From Candidatus Eiseniibacteriota bacterium (lineage in GTDB: Bacteria > Eisenbacteria > RBG-16-71-46 > CAIMUX01 > VGJL01): 64,000 bases of DNA. The notes under the pieces were generated by a model, which saw only the letters and a list, made by a program, of their open reading frames with translations, made no database searches and was not told where the DNA came from. The stretch lies in the NCBI GenBank assembly GCA_963792585.1, contig CAWBWI010000003.1, positions 320,001 through 384,000 on the forward strand. The letters are read 5' to 3'. Made by a program: the position numbers and the translations under genes. Shown in pieces: positions 1 to 11,144 of this stretch (positions are counted from its first letter, which is position 1; each line of letters starts with the position of its first letter).

Positions 1-1
1 G

Positions 2-619
2 CTTCCTCCGGGCTACTACATCGAGTGGAGCGGTCAGTTCGAACACCAGGTCCGGGCCAAGAAGACCCTCTCGATCGTCTTTCCGATGGTGATCCTCCTG
101 ATCTGCCTGATCCTCTATCTGACCTTCCACGATCTTGCGCACGCGTTGCTGATGGTCTTGGCCGTGCCCGGAGCGCTCGTCGGGGGTGTGATCTTTCAGA
201 AGCTGTTCGGCTTCAACTTCAGCGTGGCGGTCTGGGTTGGATATATCGCGGCCTTCGGCATGGCAACGGAAACCGGAATCGTCATGATGGTGTACCTACG
301 CGATGCGCTCCACCGCAAAGGGGGTCTGGCCGCGATCAAGAGCGAGGAAGAGATCCGGGAGGCCGTTGTGCAGGGGGCCGTCCACCGATTGAGGCCGAAG
401 CTCTTGACCGAAGGGGTCGCAATCGTCGGATTGATGCCGATGCTCTGGGCGCACGGGACTGGCGCGGAGGTCATGCGCCCGATGGTAGCTCCGGTCCTCG
501 GAGGGCTTCTCGTCGCCGACGAGGTGATCGACCTCCTGATCCCCGTTCTCTTCCATTGGGTCGAAACGAATCGATGGCGGCGCATGAATGCGACGGCAGT
601 CGCCGGGACGGACGTCTAG
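2..619 (+). CDS. cusA: CusA/CzcA heavy-metal efflux RND transporter, C-terminal part (5' end outside the window)
   Basis: Frame open from base 2 ([16 protein letters not shown]...); conserved CusA C-terminal segments [31 protein letters not shown] and [17 protein letters not shown]. Confidence 0.9.
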   Translation, partial: LPPGYYIEWSGQFEHQVRAKKTLSIVFPMVILLICLILYLTFHDLAHALLMVLAVPGALVGGVIFQKLFGFNFSVAVWVGYIAAFGMATETGIVMMVYLRDALHRKGGLAAIKSEEEIREAVVQGAVHRLRPKLLTEGVAIVGLMPMLWAHGTGAEVMRPMVAPVLGGLLVADEVIDLLIPVLFHWVETNRWRRMNATAVAGTDV

Positions 620-620
620 G

Positions 621-3266
621 ATGGAACCCATGGATGGGACAAAACCCCGCATGAGGCAACACATAATCGTAGATGGAATGACCTGCCAGGGTTGTGTGAG
701 CAGTGTCACCCGAATGCTCGCCGCCGTCCCCCTCGTGGAGTCGGTCGAGGTGGATCTCGAGAAGGGACGTGCCGTTGTCACCCATTCCGGCGCCAGCATC
801 GAGGAACTCCTGGCGCCGTTCCTGGCGGGCGGGCACAAGTTTCGTGCGCGCGCCTGTCACAGTGAGCCGGCCGAGGGAACGGCCCCCGCGCCGGGGGCGC
901 CGAGGACATTGCAGCCTGAGTCTCCGGTGCACTCAATTCGGCGACGCGACGCCGCTCCGGAGCGGGAAACTCCGGCGACTCCGACCGGCGCGACCGATGC
1001 CGGCGATTCCTCCGCACGAACAGGGGCGGCCCCCGGAGATGACGTCTTGCATCTCGCGGTGACCGGCATGAGCTGCGCATCGTGCGTCTACAAAATCGAG
1101 ACGAAACTGAGGTCGCTTCCGGGCGTCGTGGACGCGAGCGTGAATTTCACCTCGGGGATGGCCACGGTGCGGACGCGAACTCCGGCCGACCCTGAGACCC
1201 TGGTCGCAGCCGTTCGCTCCGCCGGCGCCTACGGCGCCCGGGCGATCCTCGGGTCATCCGGGGAGAGGATCCTCGCCCACGAGCATGAGCAGGCGTTTCA
1301 CGCGCTCCGCCGACGCTTCTTCGTGTCGCTATCCCTCACTGTCCCGATCCTGCTGCTTGCGATGCCCGCGATGCTCGGTCGGCAGGGCTGGATCCCCGAG
1401 CGGCTGAGCCAGGCACTGCAGCTCGGTCTCATGCTTCCGCTCATGATCTACGCCGCCGGCCCGTTCTTCCGCGGATTTGTTGCGGCGCTCCGGTCGCGGA
1501 CTGCCGACATGAACAGCCTGATCGCAATCGGAACGGGCGCCGCCTTCTCGTATTCCGTAGTCGGCACGATCGCGCCCGAGTTGTTTCCCCACGAGATGCG
1601 GATGGGCGGCGCCGTGCACGTCTACTATGAGACTGCGGCCGTGATCGTCACACTGATCCTGATGGGACGGTTGCTTGAGGAGCGTGCGAAGGGGCGCGCC
1701 TCGGATGCGATCCAGAAGTTGATCGGCCTCCAGCCTGGGACGGCCCGCATTCGCAGGGATGGAGTTGAATCCGACATCCCGATCGGGGATGTCGTCGCCG
1801 GAGATCTCGTGATCGTCCATCCCGGGGAAAGAATCCCCGTCGACGGAGTGATCATCCAAGGCCGGTCGAGCCTCGACGAGAGCATGGTCACCGGCGAATC
1901 GCTACCTGTTGAGAAGCACCCGGGCGACCAGGTGATCGGTGCGACGATCAACAAGACGGGGAGTTTCGTCTTCCGCGCCACGCGGGTCGGCAACGAGACG
2001 ATTCTCGCGCGGATCATCGAGATGGTCCGCCGGGCGCAGGGGAGCAAGGCCCCCATCCAACGGCTTGTCGACCGTGTCGCCGCAGTCTTCGTGCCGGCCG
2101 TGATTCTGGTCGCCATCGCCACACTCGCCGTCTGGCTCGTGGCCGGGCCGCAGCCGCGTGTTGCCTATGCCCTTTCGAACTTCGTCGCCGTCCTCATCAT
2201 CGCCTGTCCCTGCGCGCTCGGACTTGCGACGCCGACGGCGATCACGGTGGCAATGGGGAAGGCCGCAGAGATTGGGATTCTATTCCGTTCCGCCGAGTCC
2301 CTGGAATCGCTCGGGCGGTCAACGGCCGCGGTGCTCGACAAGACCGGAACGCTGACGCGGGGGCAGCCGACCCTCGTGGATGTACGGATCCTGAGCGGCC
2401 AGCCGACGGCGGACTTGCTCCGCCTCGTCGCGGGGGCGGAGACCCGCTCCGAACATCCCCTGGCGGCGGCCGTGGTGGCGGGGGCCCGGGCACGCGGAGT
2501 TCTGCCGGCGGAGCCGGTGCACTTCGAAGCCGTGACCGGTCAGGGAATCGTGGCTGAGATCGAAGGGCACACGATCGTTGCCGGAAACCGCGGCCTGCTG
2601 GAAGCGCGCGGGATCGATGTTTCTGCGACGGTCAAGTTCGTGGAAGAGGAGTCGGCGATGGGACGAACCGTCGTTCTCGCGGCTATCGACGGCCGCACCG
2701 CCGCCATCCTCTCGATCACCGACCCGATCAGGGACAGTGCCCGAACTACGGTCGAGTCCCTCGCCGCTCGGGGAATCCTCGTCTCGATGCAGACCGGGGA
2801 CGCGCGCCGGACCGCAGAGGCTGTTGCGTCCCAAACCGGCATTACGCGCGTTTTCACCGAGGTGAAACCGGAGGACAAAGCGGCCGCCGTGCAGACGCTC
2901 CAGGCGGAAGGGCACACAGTCGTGATGGTTGGCGACGGGATCAACGACGCTCCGGCCCTTGCCCAGGCGGACGTCGGCGTGGCAATGGGCACGGGCACGG
3001 ATGTCGCGATCGAGAGCGCGGGCGTGACCCTCCTCGGAGGCGACCTCTCCCGACTGATCGCCGCGTACGACCTTTCCCGCCGAACGATGCGGACTATCCG
3101 GCAGAACCTCTTCTGGGCCTTCATCTACAACGTCATCGGGATTCCGATCGCGGCCGGTGTTCTCTACCCGTTCACCGGGAAGCTCTTGAACCCCGTGATC
3201 GCGGCTTTCGCGATGGCAATGAGTTCCGTTTCGGTGGTCAGCAACAGCCTTCGACTGAAGCGCTAG
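621..3266 (+). CDS. copA: Cu(I)-translocating P1B-type ATPase with two N-terminal HMA domains
   Basis: GMTCQGC and GMSCASC metal-binding motifs, TGES, CPC, DKTGT, SEHPL, GDGIND, and the YN / MAMSS P1B-1 signatures. Start placed at the ATG just after the cusA stop. Confidence 0.95.
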   Translation: MEPMDGTKPRMRQHIIVDGMTCQGCVSSVTRMLAAVPLVESVEVDLEKGRAVVTHSGASIEELLAPFLAGGHKFRARACHSEPAEGTAPAPGAPRTLQPESPVHSIRRRDAAPERETPATPTGATDAGDSSARTGAAPGDDVLHLAVTGMSCASCVYKIETKLRSLPGVVDASVNFTSGMATVRTRTPADPETLVAAVRSAGAYGARAILGSSGERILAHEHEQAFHALRRRFFVSLSLTVPILLLAMPAMLGRQGWIPERLSQALQLGLMLPLMIYAAGPFFRGFVAALRSRTADMNSLIAIGTGAAFSYSVVGTIAPELFPHEMRMGGAVHVYYETAAVIVTLILMGRLLEERAKGRASDAIQKLIGLQPGTARIRRDGVESDIPIGDVVAGDLVIVHPGERIPVDGVIIQGRSSLDESMVTGESLPVEKHPGDQVIGATINKTGSFVFRATRVGNETILARIIEMVRRAQGSKAPIQRLVDRVAAVFVPAVILVAIATLAVWLVAGPQPRVAYALSNFVAVLIIACPCALGLATPTAITVAMGKAAEIGILFRSAESLESLGRSTAAVLDKTGTLTRGQPTLVDVRILSGQPTADLLRLVAGAETRSEHPLAAAVVAGARARGVLPAEPVHFEAVTGQGIVAEIEGHTIVAGNRGLLEARGIDVSATVKFVEEESAMGRTVVLAAIDGRTAAILSITDPIRDSARTTVESLAARGILVSMQTGDARRTAEAVASQTGITRVFTEVKPEDKAAAVQTLQAEGHTVVMVGDGINDAPALAQADVGVAMGTGTDVAIESAGVTLLGGDLSRLIAAYDLSRRTMRTIRQNLFWAFIYNVIGIPIAAGVLYPFTGKLLNPVIAAFAMAMSSVSVVSNSLRLKR

Positions 3267-3290
3267 CGTCAGCCGAGCAAGGAGGAATTA

Positions 3291-3887
3291 ATGCGTAGAT
3301 TTGTCATAGCGGCCGCGGCGATTGCCGCCCTCTTCATTGCCTTCAGCGGCATCGCAACGGCCGAAGAGGGAATGAAGATGTCCATGGGTAAGGAGAAGGA
3401 CTCGGGTCCGGCCGTCGATCCCGTCTCGGGGAAGAAGGTGACGGCGGAAGAGGCTCCGGAGGCCATCTTCCTCGATACGCTCTTCCGGTTCGAGTCGGCC
3501 GAGAATCTCGCGAAGTTCCGCGTCGAGCCGGAGAAGTACGCAACCGTCGATTGCCCGGTCTCTGGAGAGCCGGTCCGGATCCGCGACGCAAAGGTCAAGA
3601 CGACCCATTCCGGTCGCACGTGGTACTTCTGCTGCGGTGACTGCATCAAGAAGTTCGAGAAGAACCCAACGAAGTACGTGACGATCCGGTGCCCGGTCTC
3701 CGGAGAGGTGGTTCCGATGGCAGATGCAGTCAAGGCCCCGATCGAAGGACGAGACATCTACTTCTGTTGTGCCGGTTGCAAACCGGCATTCGAGAGGAAC
3801 TCGGCCAAACTGTTCGCGATGATGGTGCCCGAGGGCGGGGACGCCAAGCCCGCTCCCGCCGTACCCCCATCGGAGAGCAAGAACTGA
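3291..3887 (+). CDS. Secreted multi-YHS/TRASH-domain protein (putative copper-binding)
   Basis: AGGAGG RBS, signal peptide, Met-rich GMKMSM, three D/C-PVSG repeats, two followed by YFCC..C...F..N. Confidence 0.8.
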   Translation: MRRFVIAAAAIAALFIAFSGIATAEEGMKMSMGKEKDSGPAVDPVSGKKVTAEEAPEAIFLDTLFRFESAENLAKFRVEPEKYATVDCPVSGEPVRIRDAKVKTTHSGRTWYFCCGDCIKKFEKNPTKYVTIRCPVSGEVVPMADAVKAPIEGRDIYFCCAGCKPAFERNSAKLFAMMVPEGGDAKPAPAVPPSESKN

Positions 3888-3912
3888 CCTCGCCGAGGAT
3901 CATGTGTGTGCT

Positions 3913-3941
3913 CGAGCGGTCCGGCCCGGCCGGGCCGCTCG
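3913..3941 (+). terminator. GC-rich hairpin after the copper cluster (possible terminator)
   Basis: CGAGCGGTCCGG / CCGGGCCGCTCG 12-bp stem (one G-U) followed by a weak T tract (TCGTTTC). Confidence 0.45.
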
Positions 3942-4008
3942 TCGTTTCGGCGCCGAGAGTCCCGGGTGTACGATTGAGCGGAAACCAAAGGACGGGAGGA
4001 AAGCCGCG

Positions 4009-4872
4009 GTGCCGACCTGCTTCTTCGTCACGGATCTGCACGGTCATACGGATCGATATGACAAGCTGCTCGGTACGATCGCGGCCGAACGCCCCGCGGC
4101 GGTCTTCATGGGAGGAGATCTGTTGCCGAAGGGGGCGATTTCCCGTCAAAGCCTCGAGGTCGGCAACGCCGACTTCATCGATGCCTTCCTCATCCCCGGG
4201 TTTCGTCGACTACGGGAGTCGATGGGCTCCGAGTACCCAAGAGTCTTCCTGATTCTCGGAAACGACGATCCGCGCTGTGAGGAGGCGGCGTTCCTCGATG
4301 CGGCCGTCAATGGAATGTGGAGCTGTATTCACGAACGCAGGGTCGCGTTCGCGGGGTTCGATGTCTACGGATACGGATACGTTCCGCCGACCCCCTTTCT
4401 ATTGAAGGATTGGGAGCGATACGACGTTTCGCGGTACGTTGATCCGGGAAGCGTCTCGCCCGAGGAAGGCTGTCGCAGCGTACCGGTCTCCGCGGACGCG
4501 ATCCGCTTCGGCACCATTCAGAAGGATCTTGCCGCCCTCACCACCGACGCGGCGCTCGGTCGGGCGGTATTCCTCTTCCACTCTCCGCCATACGGCACGG
4601 TTCTCGACCGCGCCGCGCTGGACGGCAGGAGCGTCGATCATGTTCCACTGGATGTCCACATCGGGAGCATCGCGATAAAGCGATTCATCGAGGAGCGGCA
4701 ACCGCGAGTGACCCTGCACGGCCACGTGCACGAATCGACGCGCCTGACCGGAAGTTGGAAGACGAGAATCGGACGGACCGTTTGCATCAACGCGGCCCAC
4801 GACGGATCGGAGCTCTCGCTCGTTCGGTTCGATCCCGAAGACCCCGACGCAGCGACGCGGCAACTACTCTAG
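4009..4872 (+). CDS. Calcineurin-like metallophosphoesterase (Icc-related)
   Basis: DLHG, GGDL, GNDD and HGHVHE motifs; GTG start at 4009 behind a GGGAGG RBS. Confidence 0.85.
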   Translation: MPTCFFVTDLHGHTDRYDKLLGTIAAERPAAVFMGGDLLPKGAISRQSLEVGNADFIDAFLIPGFRRLRESMGSEYPRVFLILGNDDPRCEEAAFLDAAVNGMWSCIHERRVAFAGFDVYGYGYVPPTPFLLKDWERYDVSRYVDPGSVSPEEGCRSVPVSADAIRFGTIQKDLAALTTDAALGRAVFLFHSPPYGTVLDRAALDGRSVDHVPLDVHIGSIAIKRFIEERQPRVTLHGHVHESTRLTGSWKTRIGRTVCINAAHDGSELSLVRFDPEDPDAATRQLL

Positions 4873-4873
4873 A

Positions 4874-7800
4874 TCACAAGGACTTCATCGGCAGTTCGCG
4901 GGCAGGGTCCGTTATGGCACCGATCTTCACCGCAAAGCTCGTGCGCTGGGCGATGTCCTCATCGGTGATCAGGTGCACATCGAGGAGCCCATCCGTCCGG
5001 TAGCCTGTCCGCAGAAAGTTGATCTCGCCGAGGCAGTCGCTCCACCCCTCGAGCCACAGCAGCAACTCACTACGTTGCTTCTCGGTTCCGCGGAAGTGGA
5101 GCAGGATGTCGATGTCGCTCGCCGGTCCCGCCGTCGCGTTCTTGGTGCTACCGATCACGTAAAAGGCCATCACCCCGAATCGCGCGCCGTCCAGCTCCGC
5201 CGCAAGCCGTTCCGCGAAGCGAAGCCGCCACCGCCAGTGGTTCTCATTGCGACCGGACTCCTGTTCGGTGACCACGGCGACGTCCTGGGCGACTTGCTGC
5301 GGCGGTGAGAAGAAGGCAAGCGCCTCCTCCTTGTCGGCGTTCATGAGAAGCCGGAGGATCATCCCGTCGCTCACCCTCGGAATATCGATCACGCGCAGGG
5401 TGTCCGCGAGTCCGGCAAACTCCGGGAGCAGGTCCAGAAGCAAACTCGGCGCCATACGCAGGAAACCCTCGTTGAAGACGATCCCCTCGTCGTCGGGATA
5501 GAGTGGGAGATAGCGGATCTTCGCCTCCACGAGGTCCTGGAAAAAGTGGGTTCCAAACGAGAGATCGGGAAGGTAGTTACCTTTCTTGCGGGCGATCTCG
5601 ATGAGCGCCGCGGTGTTGTTGATGTCAGCATAAGTTACGTTCACGCCGAGCTTGATGTCTCCACGGCTGCCCCAACGTCCCGGACCCATCAGGATGAACT
5701 GGTGCTTCGGGAGGATCTTGTTGAGCTTGCCGACCGCGCGACCGACGGCGCGCAGCTCCTCTAGCGTCGGCAGGCGGTTGTACTGCTCGGGATCGATGTA
5801 GACGACATGCGTGATGTTCGGGACCATCCCGTTGGAGACGAACTTCCTCGCGGAGAAGAGGATCCGCTCCTCCGGCACGTCCCGCGGAATCACGGCCGGC
5901 GGGGCGGCGCCTCCGGAGCTCTGCGGGCGGCACTGGAGCAAGTAAAGGTCGCGTCCGTCGGACGCGAATTCGATGTCGACCGACGAGCCGATCTCCCGTT
6001 CGAGCAATTCCAGAATCGCCCGGATTTGACGGATGAAAGGTGTTCCGCCGACCAAACCCTCGAATGTGAAGACCAGCCGGCCAGGGTCGGAGGCTGCCTC
6101 GTTGCCGATTGGGCGCCGGACCCGATCCCCGTCGACGATCGACACCATGTTCGCGATCTGAGGAAGCTCGAAGCCGGCCTCGGCGAGGAAATCGCTTGCA
6201 TCGATTGTGTCGAAGGCGCCTGTCTCCAAATTGATCAGGTCGATCTTCTTCGGAGAGTATCGAACGATCTCGTCGAGGGTGACGTTGACCCGCAGATTAG
6301 GCTGGCCCGGCGCCAGCAGGACCGGGTAGTCGTCCTTCAACCTGTCGACGGCCCGGGTGCCGAGACCAGGCACGAGCCGTACCAAACCGTCCTCGCGACG
6401 GATACGGGCGGACCAGCGAAACTCATTGCGGCTGAAGGCGACGCCTGAGAAGGCGGGAAGGAAGTACCGGCCAACACGGGTGCCCACGACCTCCTGGATC
6501 AGAATACCCATTTCCTCATAGACGTCGATCAGGCCCCGCTCGGTTCGATACTCGATCGGGTCCGGACCGAACGTCGAGGCATATACCTCGGCAATCGCAT
6601 CCATCAAAGCCGTCAGCCGCTCCGGTTTGGTGCCCTGGTTAGCGAGAAAGAGACTCTTGTACTTCCCGCTGAAGGCCGCGCCAAAGCGATCCTCGAGGAG
6701 GCTGGAACTCCGCACGATCAGCGGTACTCCCTCGAGATCATCCAGAAGAACGGAAAGGCCTTTAACGATCGTGGGCGAGAAGTGAGAGTTTTTGAAGATC
6801 TGCACAATGTGGGGATACTCGTACCGGAGCTGGTCGATGTCCGCATACTTCTGGTTGTACACATCCTCGAGGTTGTTGAATTGGATAAAGTCGAGCAGCG
6901 CGTCGGTCGTTATATACCATGTTTTCGGAGTCTTGATACCCGCAAGAAGATCCGAGGCACCATCTGCCTTTCGGAGGATGTTCATTGCAAGAAACAGGCC
7001 GGCAGTCTTTCCCCCAAGTTTTCCCCGGCTCTTCGGGGGGAAGATCATTCTCTGCACCAGATCGTAGTAGTCGTCCACGGCAATCCAGCGTTTGGCTACG
7101 TCCATGTAGGCAGGCAGATCGGTGAAGAAGTGTTCGATCAAGGAGACGGGGAGACCCTTCTGCGCGGACGGAGGGAACTCCACCTCCTCCTTCGGGATGT
7201 GGTGGAACCGGCGGATGGCGTCGGTGACCTCGTCGAGTGACGCGTCATGACTCGCGACGGCATTGACGAGGAAGCGGGCCCGCTCTTCGCGGATCCACTT
7301 CTGGACGCAGCTGAGGATTTCTTCTTCGCCTAAACGGTCGCCGGCGATCTTGAATGTGGCATCGGTCAGCGCCGGAATATCGCCGCTCTTTGTGTATTCG
7401 ATCGGCCGGTTTTCATCCTCTTCTTGACCATCGCCGGGCCGCGGGGCATAGCCGACGCTGTGCAGCAAGTCGACGGCCTCCTGAATCCCGATCCAGCAAA
7501 GGTGGTTGAGCATCTTGCGCGAGATACGAAGCAGCAGGGTCTGGTCCGTGTGCTTCAGGAAATCGAGGATGATCCGCCACTGCCCCTTGGAGGAAGGGGA
7601 GAGCTGCTGCCGTGCCGTTTCGAGACTTTGGAACGCCATCTGCATTCTCTTGTGCGCAATCGCATAGCCGAGGCGCACGGAGACGGCGCTCAGGAGCTTG
7701 CGTTCTTCCTTCAGGAACGGGCCTTCGTCCGACTTGCTCACCTGTTCCTTGTAGAAGACTTCGATCTTCCCCGCCCGTTCCGCGTCAACGGTGAGGATCG

Positions 7801-8053
7801 TGCTCTGAACCCAGGGGGTCTCGACGAAGTCCGGGGATTGGACGACGAGGTCCCGGCAGGTGATTCGGGCGACGCAGACGTTCGGGAACTGATATCCGGC
7901 CGGAATGACCGCCACGATCTCCTCGAAGATCGTGCTGAGCGGGAGATCACTCGCCTTGAGGATCTCGTCTACCTTGAAGAGGCAGTCGAGCTCCTTCGTG
8001 CGCTCCTGCAAGGCGCGCAGGATTGAATCGATCGATGGTTCCGGTGGATTCAC
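4874..8053 (-). CDS. PEP-synthase/PPDK N-terminal (ATP-grasp) domain protein with N-terminal GAF-like and C-terminal nucleotidyltransferase domains
   Basis: LGGK, PLIVRSSSLLED..AFSGKY, VPGLGTRAV and DIEFA..LYLLQCRP (PPDK_N); N-terminal LQERTKELDCL...ETPW...GPFLKEER segment; C-terminal GS-x-SDID...D motif. No phospho-His swivel domain seen. Confidence 0.85.
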   Translation of the reverse strand: MNPPEPSIDSILRALQERTKELDCLFKVDEILKASDLPLSTIFEEIVAVIPAGYQFPNVCVARITCRDLVVQSPDFVETPWVQSTILTVDAERAGKIEVFYKEQVSKSDEGPFLKEERKLLSAVSVRLGYAIAHKRMQMAFQSLETARQQLSPSSKGQWRIILDFLKHTDQTLLLRISRKMLNHLCWIGIQEAVDLLHSVGYAPRPGDGQEEDENRPIEYTKSGDIPALTDATFKIAGDRLGEEEILSCVQKWIREERARFLVNAVASHDASLDEVTDAIRRFHHIPKEEVEFPPSAQKGLPVSLIEHFFTDLPAYMDVAKRWIAVDDYYDLVQRMIFPPKSRGKLGGKTAGLFLAMNILRKADGASDLLAGIKTPKTWYITTDALLDFIQFNNLEDVYNQKYADIDQLRYEYPHIVQIFKNSHFSPTIVKGLSVLLDDLEGVPLIVRSSSLLEDRFGAAFSGKYKSLFLANQGTKPERLTALMDAIAEVYASTFGPDPIEYRTERGLIDVYEEMGILIQEVVGTRVGRYFLPAFSGVAFSRNEFRWSARIRREDGLVRLVPGLGTRAVDRLKDDYPVLLAPGQPNLRVNVTLDEIVRYSPKKIDLINLETGAFDTIDASDFLAEAGFELPQIANMVSIVDGDRVRRPIGNEAASDPGRLVFTFEGLVGGTPFIRQIRAILELLEREIGSSVDIEFASDGRDLYLLQCRPQSSGGAAPPAVIPRDVPEERILFSARKFVSNGMVPNITHVVYIDPEQYNRLPTLEELRAVGRAVGKLNKILPKHQFILMGPGRWGSRGDIKLGVNVTYADINNTAALIEIARKKGNYLPDLSFGTHFFQDLVEAKIRYLPLYPDDEGIVFNEGFLRMAPSLLLDLLPEFAGLADTLRVIDIPRVSDGMILRLLMNADKEEALAFFSPPQQVAQDVAVVTEQESGRNENHWRWRLRFAERLAAELDGARFGVMAFYVIGSTKNATAGPASDIDILLHFRGTEKQRSELLLWLEGWSDCLGEINFLRTGYRTDGLLDVHLITDEDIAQRTSFAVKIGAITDPARELPMKSL

Positions 8054-9820
8054 GAGCTGCTTCCTCCGTCCGGATGGCCGATGACGCCGCGTCCGGTTCT
8101 CCCATCGACCTTGATCCGCAGGGGCCGCGTGAGTCGCACGTGGCGCACGTGTGGAGTCTCCATGACGAGGTCCTGAAGGTCAAGCCAGTCCCAGTCGATC
8201 GGGTGCCGGTCGGTGTGCCGCACCGAGAAGTAGAATACCCGGAAGCTCGTAATGTTGTGGAAGAAGTGAGATCCCTGGCTGGGGTCCGCCTGAAATTCCT
8301 GGTAGCGAGGATTCGACGATGGCCTTCGCACCCGAGATCTGCGCCCATTTGACCGGGATCCCGAGCCATGGATCCGAGCTGCCCCAACGTCCGAAGCCGA
8401 TCAGCAGATAGGGTCGTCCCGATTCGACGAGCGCCCGGTTCAGCCCCTCGATTTCGGCTGCGATCGTGCGGGTCACACTCGTGTCGAAGGTGTCCCGCCG
8501 CAGATAGACGATATCGGAGATCCCTTCATGGGAACCGTTTCCGAGGACGGCCGCGGAAGCGGCGAGATTCTCCGAGGCGTCCAGGTCCTCATCCGTGACG
8601 ACGATCTCTTCGCTGGAAACCACCATCGGGCGCATCTGCAGAAAGCCGAACCGTGCTTTCTCATTCGAATCGCCCGGGAGCGTGATCGCGAATTCGATCT
8701 CAACGGGAGCGTTGACGGCCTTCTCGGCGATTCGCAAGAGGGTCTGTAGCAGCTCGTTGATTGGATACAGGTCGAGGCGAATCAGCGGCGCGAAAGTCAG
8801 AACCCGAGGACCTTCGATCGCGGTCCCGGACACGAGTCGGTCGGAGGCCGCGTCGTAGGTTGACGCGGCGTAACGCAGGGTGCCGTCAGCCTCGGCCGCG
8901 GCCAGATCCAACTGCAATAGATACTCGGTCTCCTTGATCGGATCATAGGCGGGCGGCTTTCCCATGTTGACCGCCCAGAAGGACGTCTGCGTCTGGTAGA
9001 GAAGGTCCCGCAACGTGCCGTACGGTGGATTCGCGCGCGGATAGGTGGGGACGTAGTTCCACGCGAGCCCACCATCGACAATCGTCTTGCCCAGGCCCAG
9101 CGCGAGGTTCACCACGCCGTCCTTCGGTTCCGCGTGACCCATCGGATAGAAGTTGTAAGACCGCGCAACCCCGGAGACATCCGGGTAGAATCGCTCGTCG
9201 TGTCGCCGGCCGACGACCTCCTGGATGATCACCGCCATCTTCTCTTCATCGGCGGACCGGCCCGTCGACCGGATGTAGCTCTTGGCCTCCCGGAAGAAGG
9301 TGGAGGCCCAGACAAACTTGATCGCCTCGACGAGCTTGCGGAACCGCGTCTCGACGTCGAACTGGTTGTTTGGGATCATCTTCGTTTCGTACACGCCTGC
9401 GAACGGGTGCAAGAGCGCATCCTCGAGCTTGCTCGAAGAGCGCACGGCGAGCGGCTGATGGACCTTCTCGATCAACGCGCGCAGATCGCCGACGATCGTT
9501 GCAGGGATCGATCCCTTCTGGAAGGCATGGGCGATTCGGTCATCGGGCTCGTCCGAAGCCGCGATCGCCCCGAGGTCGTTCTCCTTGAGGAAGACATCGA
9601 AGGCATCGGTGGAGAGGACCGTGAGCCTTGGAATGCCTATGTCGATGTTCGGGAACGGAGACAGGTCCACATTCGATGAGAGGATCTGCTGGATGAATGC
9701 GAGTCCCCTCGCCTTGCCCCCAAGAGAGCCGGCTCCGATGACCGTGAAGTCCTCGGTCGAATCGAAAAAGGCGCGTTCGAACCGAGGGAATGCTTCCCCG
9801 TCTATCCGATCGCCCGGCAC
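8050..9820 (-). CDS. Second PEP-synthase/PPDK N-terminal domain protein, with one frameshift near 8300
   Basis: LGGKARGL, PLAVRSSSKLED..FAGVYET, LGLGKTIV, EIEFA..LQMRP. The C-terminus (DPSQGSHFFHNITS) continues in ORF 8050..8331 after one extra base in CCAGGAA. Confidence 0.85.
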
Positions 9821-9857
9821 CGGCTCCCTCCCCGGCTTACGCAGTCTCCGACAAACG

Positions 9858-11144
9858 CTAGATCCAACCGCGTTCGTGGCAGGCCCGCGCGACCCGACCG
9901 ATCGCGATCACGTAGGCCGCGTCCCTCATATAGAGCTTCTGCTTGCGAGCAAGATCGCTGACGGCGAGGAATGCGGAAGTCATCTTGACATCGAGCTTGC
10001 CGAGCACCTCGTCCTTCTCCCAGTAATAGTTCATATTGCTCTGGACCTGCTCGAAGTAGCTACATGTGACCCCTCCCGCATTGGCGAGGAAGTCGGGGAT
10101 CAAGAAGATCCCGCGTTCCTGGATCACTTTGTCGGCGTCGGGCGTCGTGGGACCGTTCGCGCCTTCTGCGATCATCCGGACGTTCTTGTGAATCTTCGTG
10201 ACGCTGTCGACCGTGATCTGGTTCTCGAGCGCCGCCGGAATCAGGAGTTCCACGTCCTGCTCGATCCAGGCGTCGCCCGGCAATACGTCGTAGCCGAGAC
10301 CGCGCGCCTTGTCCTTGTCGATGCCGCCGAAAGGATCGGTGATTCTCATCAGCTCGTCCATATCGACGCCGGAGAGCTTGCGGAAGGAATAGGAGGTCTG
10401 ATCCTTCTGGTCCCACGACGAGACGCAGACGACCTTTCCTCCGAGTTGCTGGAAGAGCCGGATCGCATATTGCGCGACGTTACCGAACCCTTGCACGCTC
10501 GCGCGCGTCGAGGACGGGCTCATGCCGAGTTCCTTGAGCGCCTCACGGACCGTGAAGATCACGCCGTACCCGGTGGCTTCCGTCCGCCCCAGGGATCCTC
10601 CCATGCCGACGGGCTTCCCTGTGATGAACCCGGGGAACTTGCCGCGATGGATCGCCTCGAACTCATCGAGCATCCAGAGCATGTGCTGCGCGGTGGTCAT
10701 GACGTCGGGGGCGGGGACATCGGTCACCGGTCCGACTTCGCGGGAAATCTGGCGAACCCAGCCGCGGCAGATCTGCTCCTGCTCGCGCGGGCTCAGGTTG
10801 TGCGGATCGCAGATCACACCCCCCTTGCTTCCGCCGAGTGGGATGTCGACGACCGCGCACTTCCAGGTCATCCACATGGCGAGCGCTCGAACGGTGTCGA
10901 TCGTCTCCTGAGGATGGAACCGGATGCCGCCCTTGCCGGGTCCCCGCGCATCATTGTGTTGCACGCGGAAGCCTCGGAAGACGCGAACGGTACCGTCGTC
11001 CATGCGGACGGGAATCGCGAACGCGTATTCCCGGAGCGGCGCACGCAGGAGTTCCCGTGCCGCCCCATCGAGCCCGATGGTCTCGGCCACCTTGTCGAAC
11101 TGCGCCTGCGCGACCTGGAACGAGTTGTAGGCTTTCTCTCTCAC
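9858..11144 (-). CDS. gdhA: Glu/Leu/Phe/Val dehydrogenase, probably glutamate dehydrogenase
   Basis: RGPGKGGIRFHP, LAMWMTWK, GGSKGG, DVPAPD, TGKP..GGS.GR.EATGYG, QGFGNV, EGANGP and NAGGVTCSYFE. Confidence 0.93.
   Translation of the reverse strand: MREKAYNSFQVAQAQFDKVAETIGLDGAARELLRAPLREYAFAIPVRMDDGTVRVFRGFRVQHNDARGPGKGGIRFHPQETIDTVRALAMWMTWKCAVVDIPLGGSKGGVICDPHNLSPREQEQICRGWVRQISREVGPVTDVPAPDVMTTAQHMLWMLDEFEAIHRGKFPGFITGKPVGMGGSLGRTEATGYGVIFTVREALKELGMSPSSTRASVQGFGNVAQYAIRLFQQLGGKVVCVSSWDQKDQTSYSFRKLSGVDMDELMRITDPFGGIDKDKARGLGYDVLPGDAWIEQDVELLIPAALENQITVDSVTKIHKNVRMIAEGANGPTTPDADKVIQERGIFLIPDFLANAGGVTCSYFEQVQSNMNYYWEKDEVLGKLDVKMTSAFLAVSDLARKQKLYMRDAAYVIAIGRVARACHERGWI

Noticed and set aside
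8290..8310. Programmed frameshift in the second ATP-grasp gene
   Set aside because: No slippery heptamer; a single extra base fits the indel errors seen elsewhere.
4874..9820. Calling the two ATP-grasp genes ppsA or ppdK
   Set aside because: No phospho-His or pyruvate-binding domain is visible, so the symbol would overstate function.
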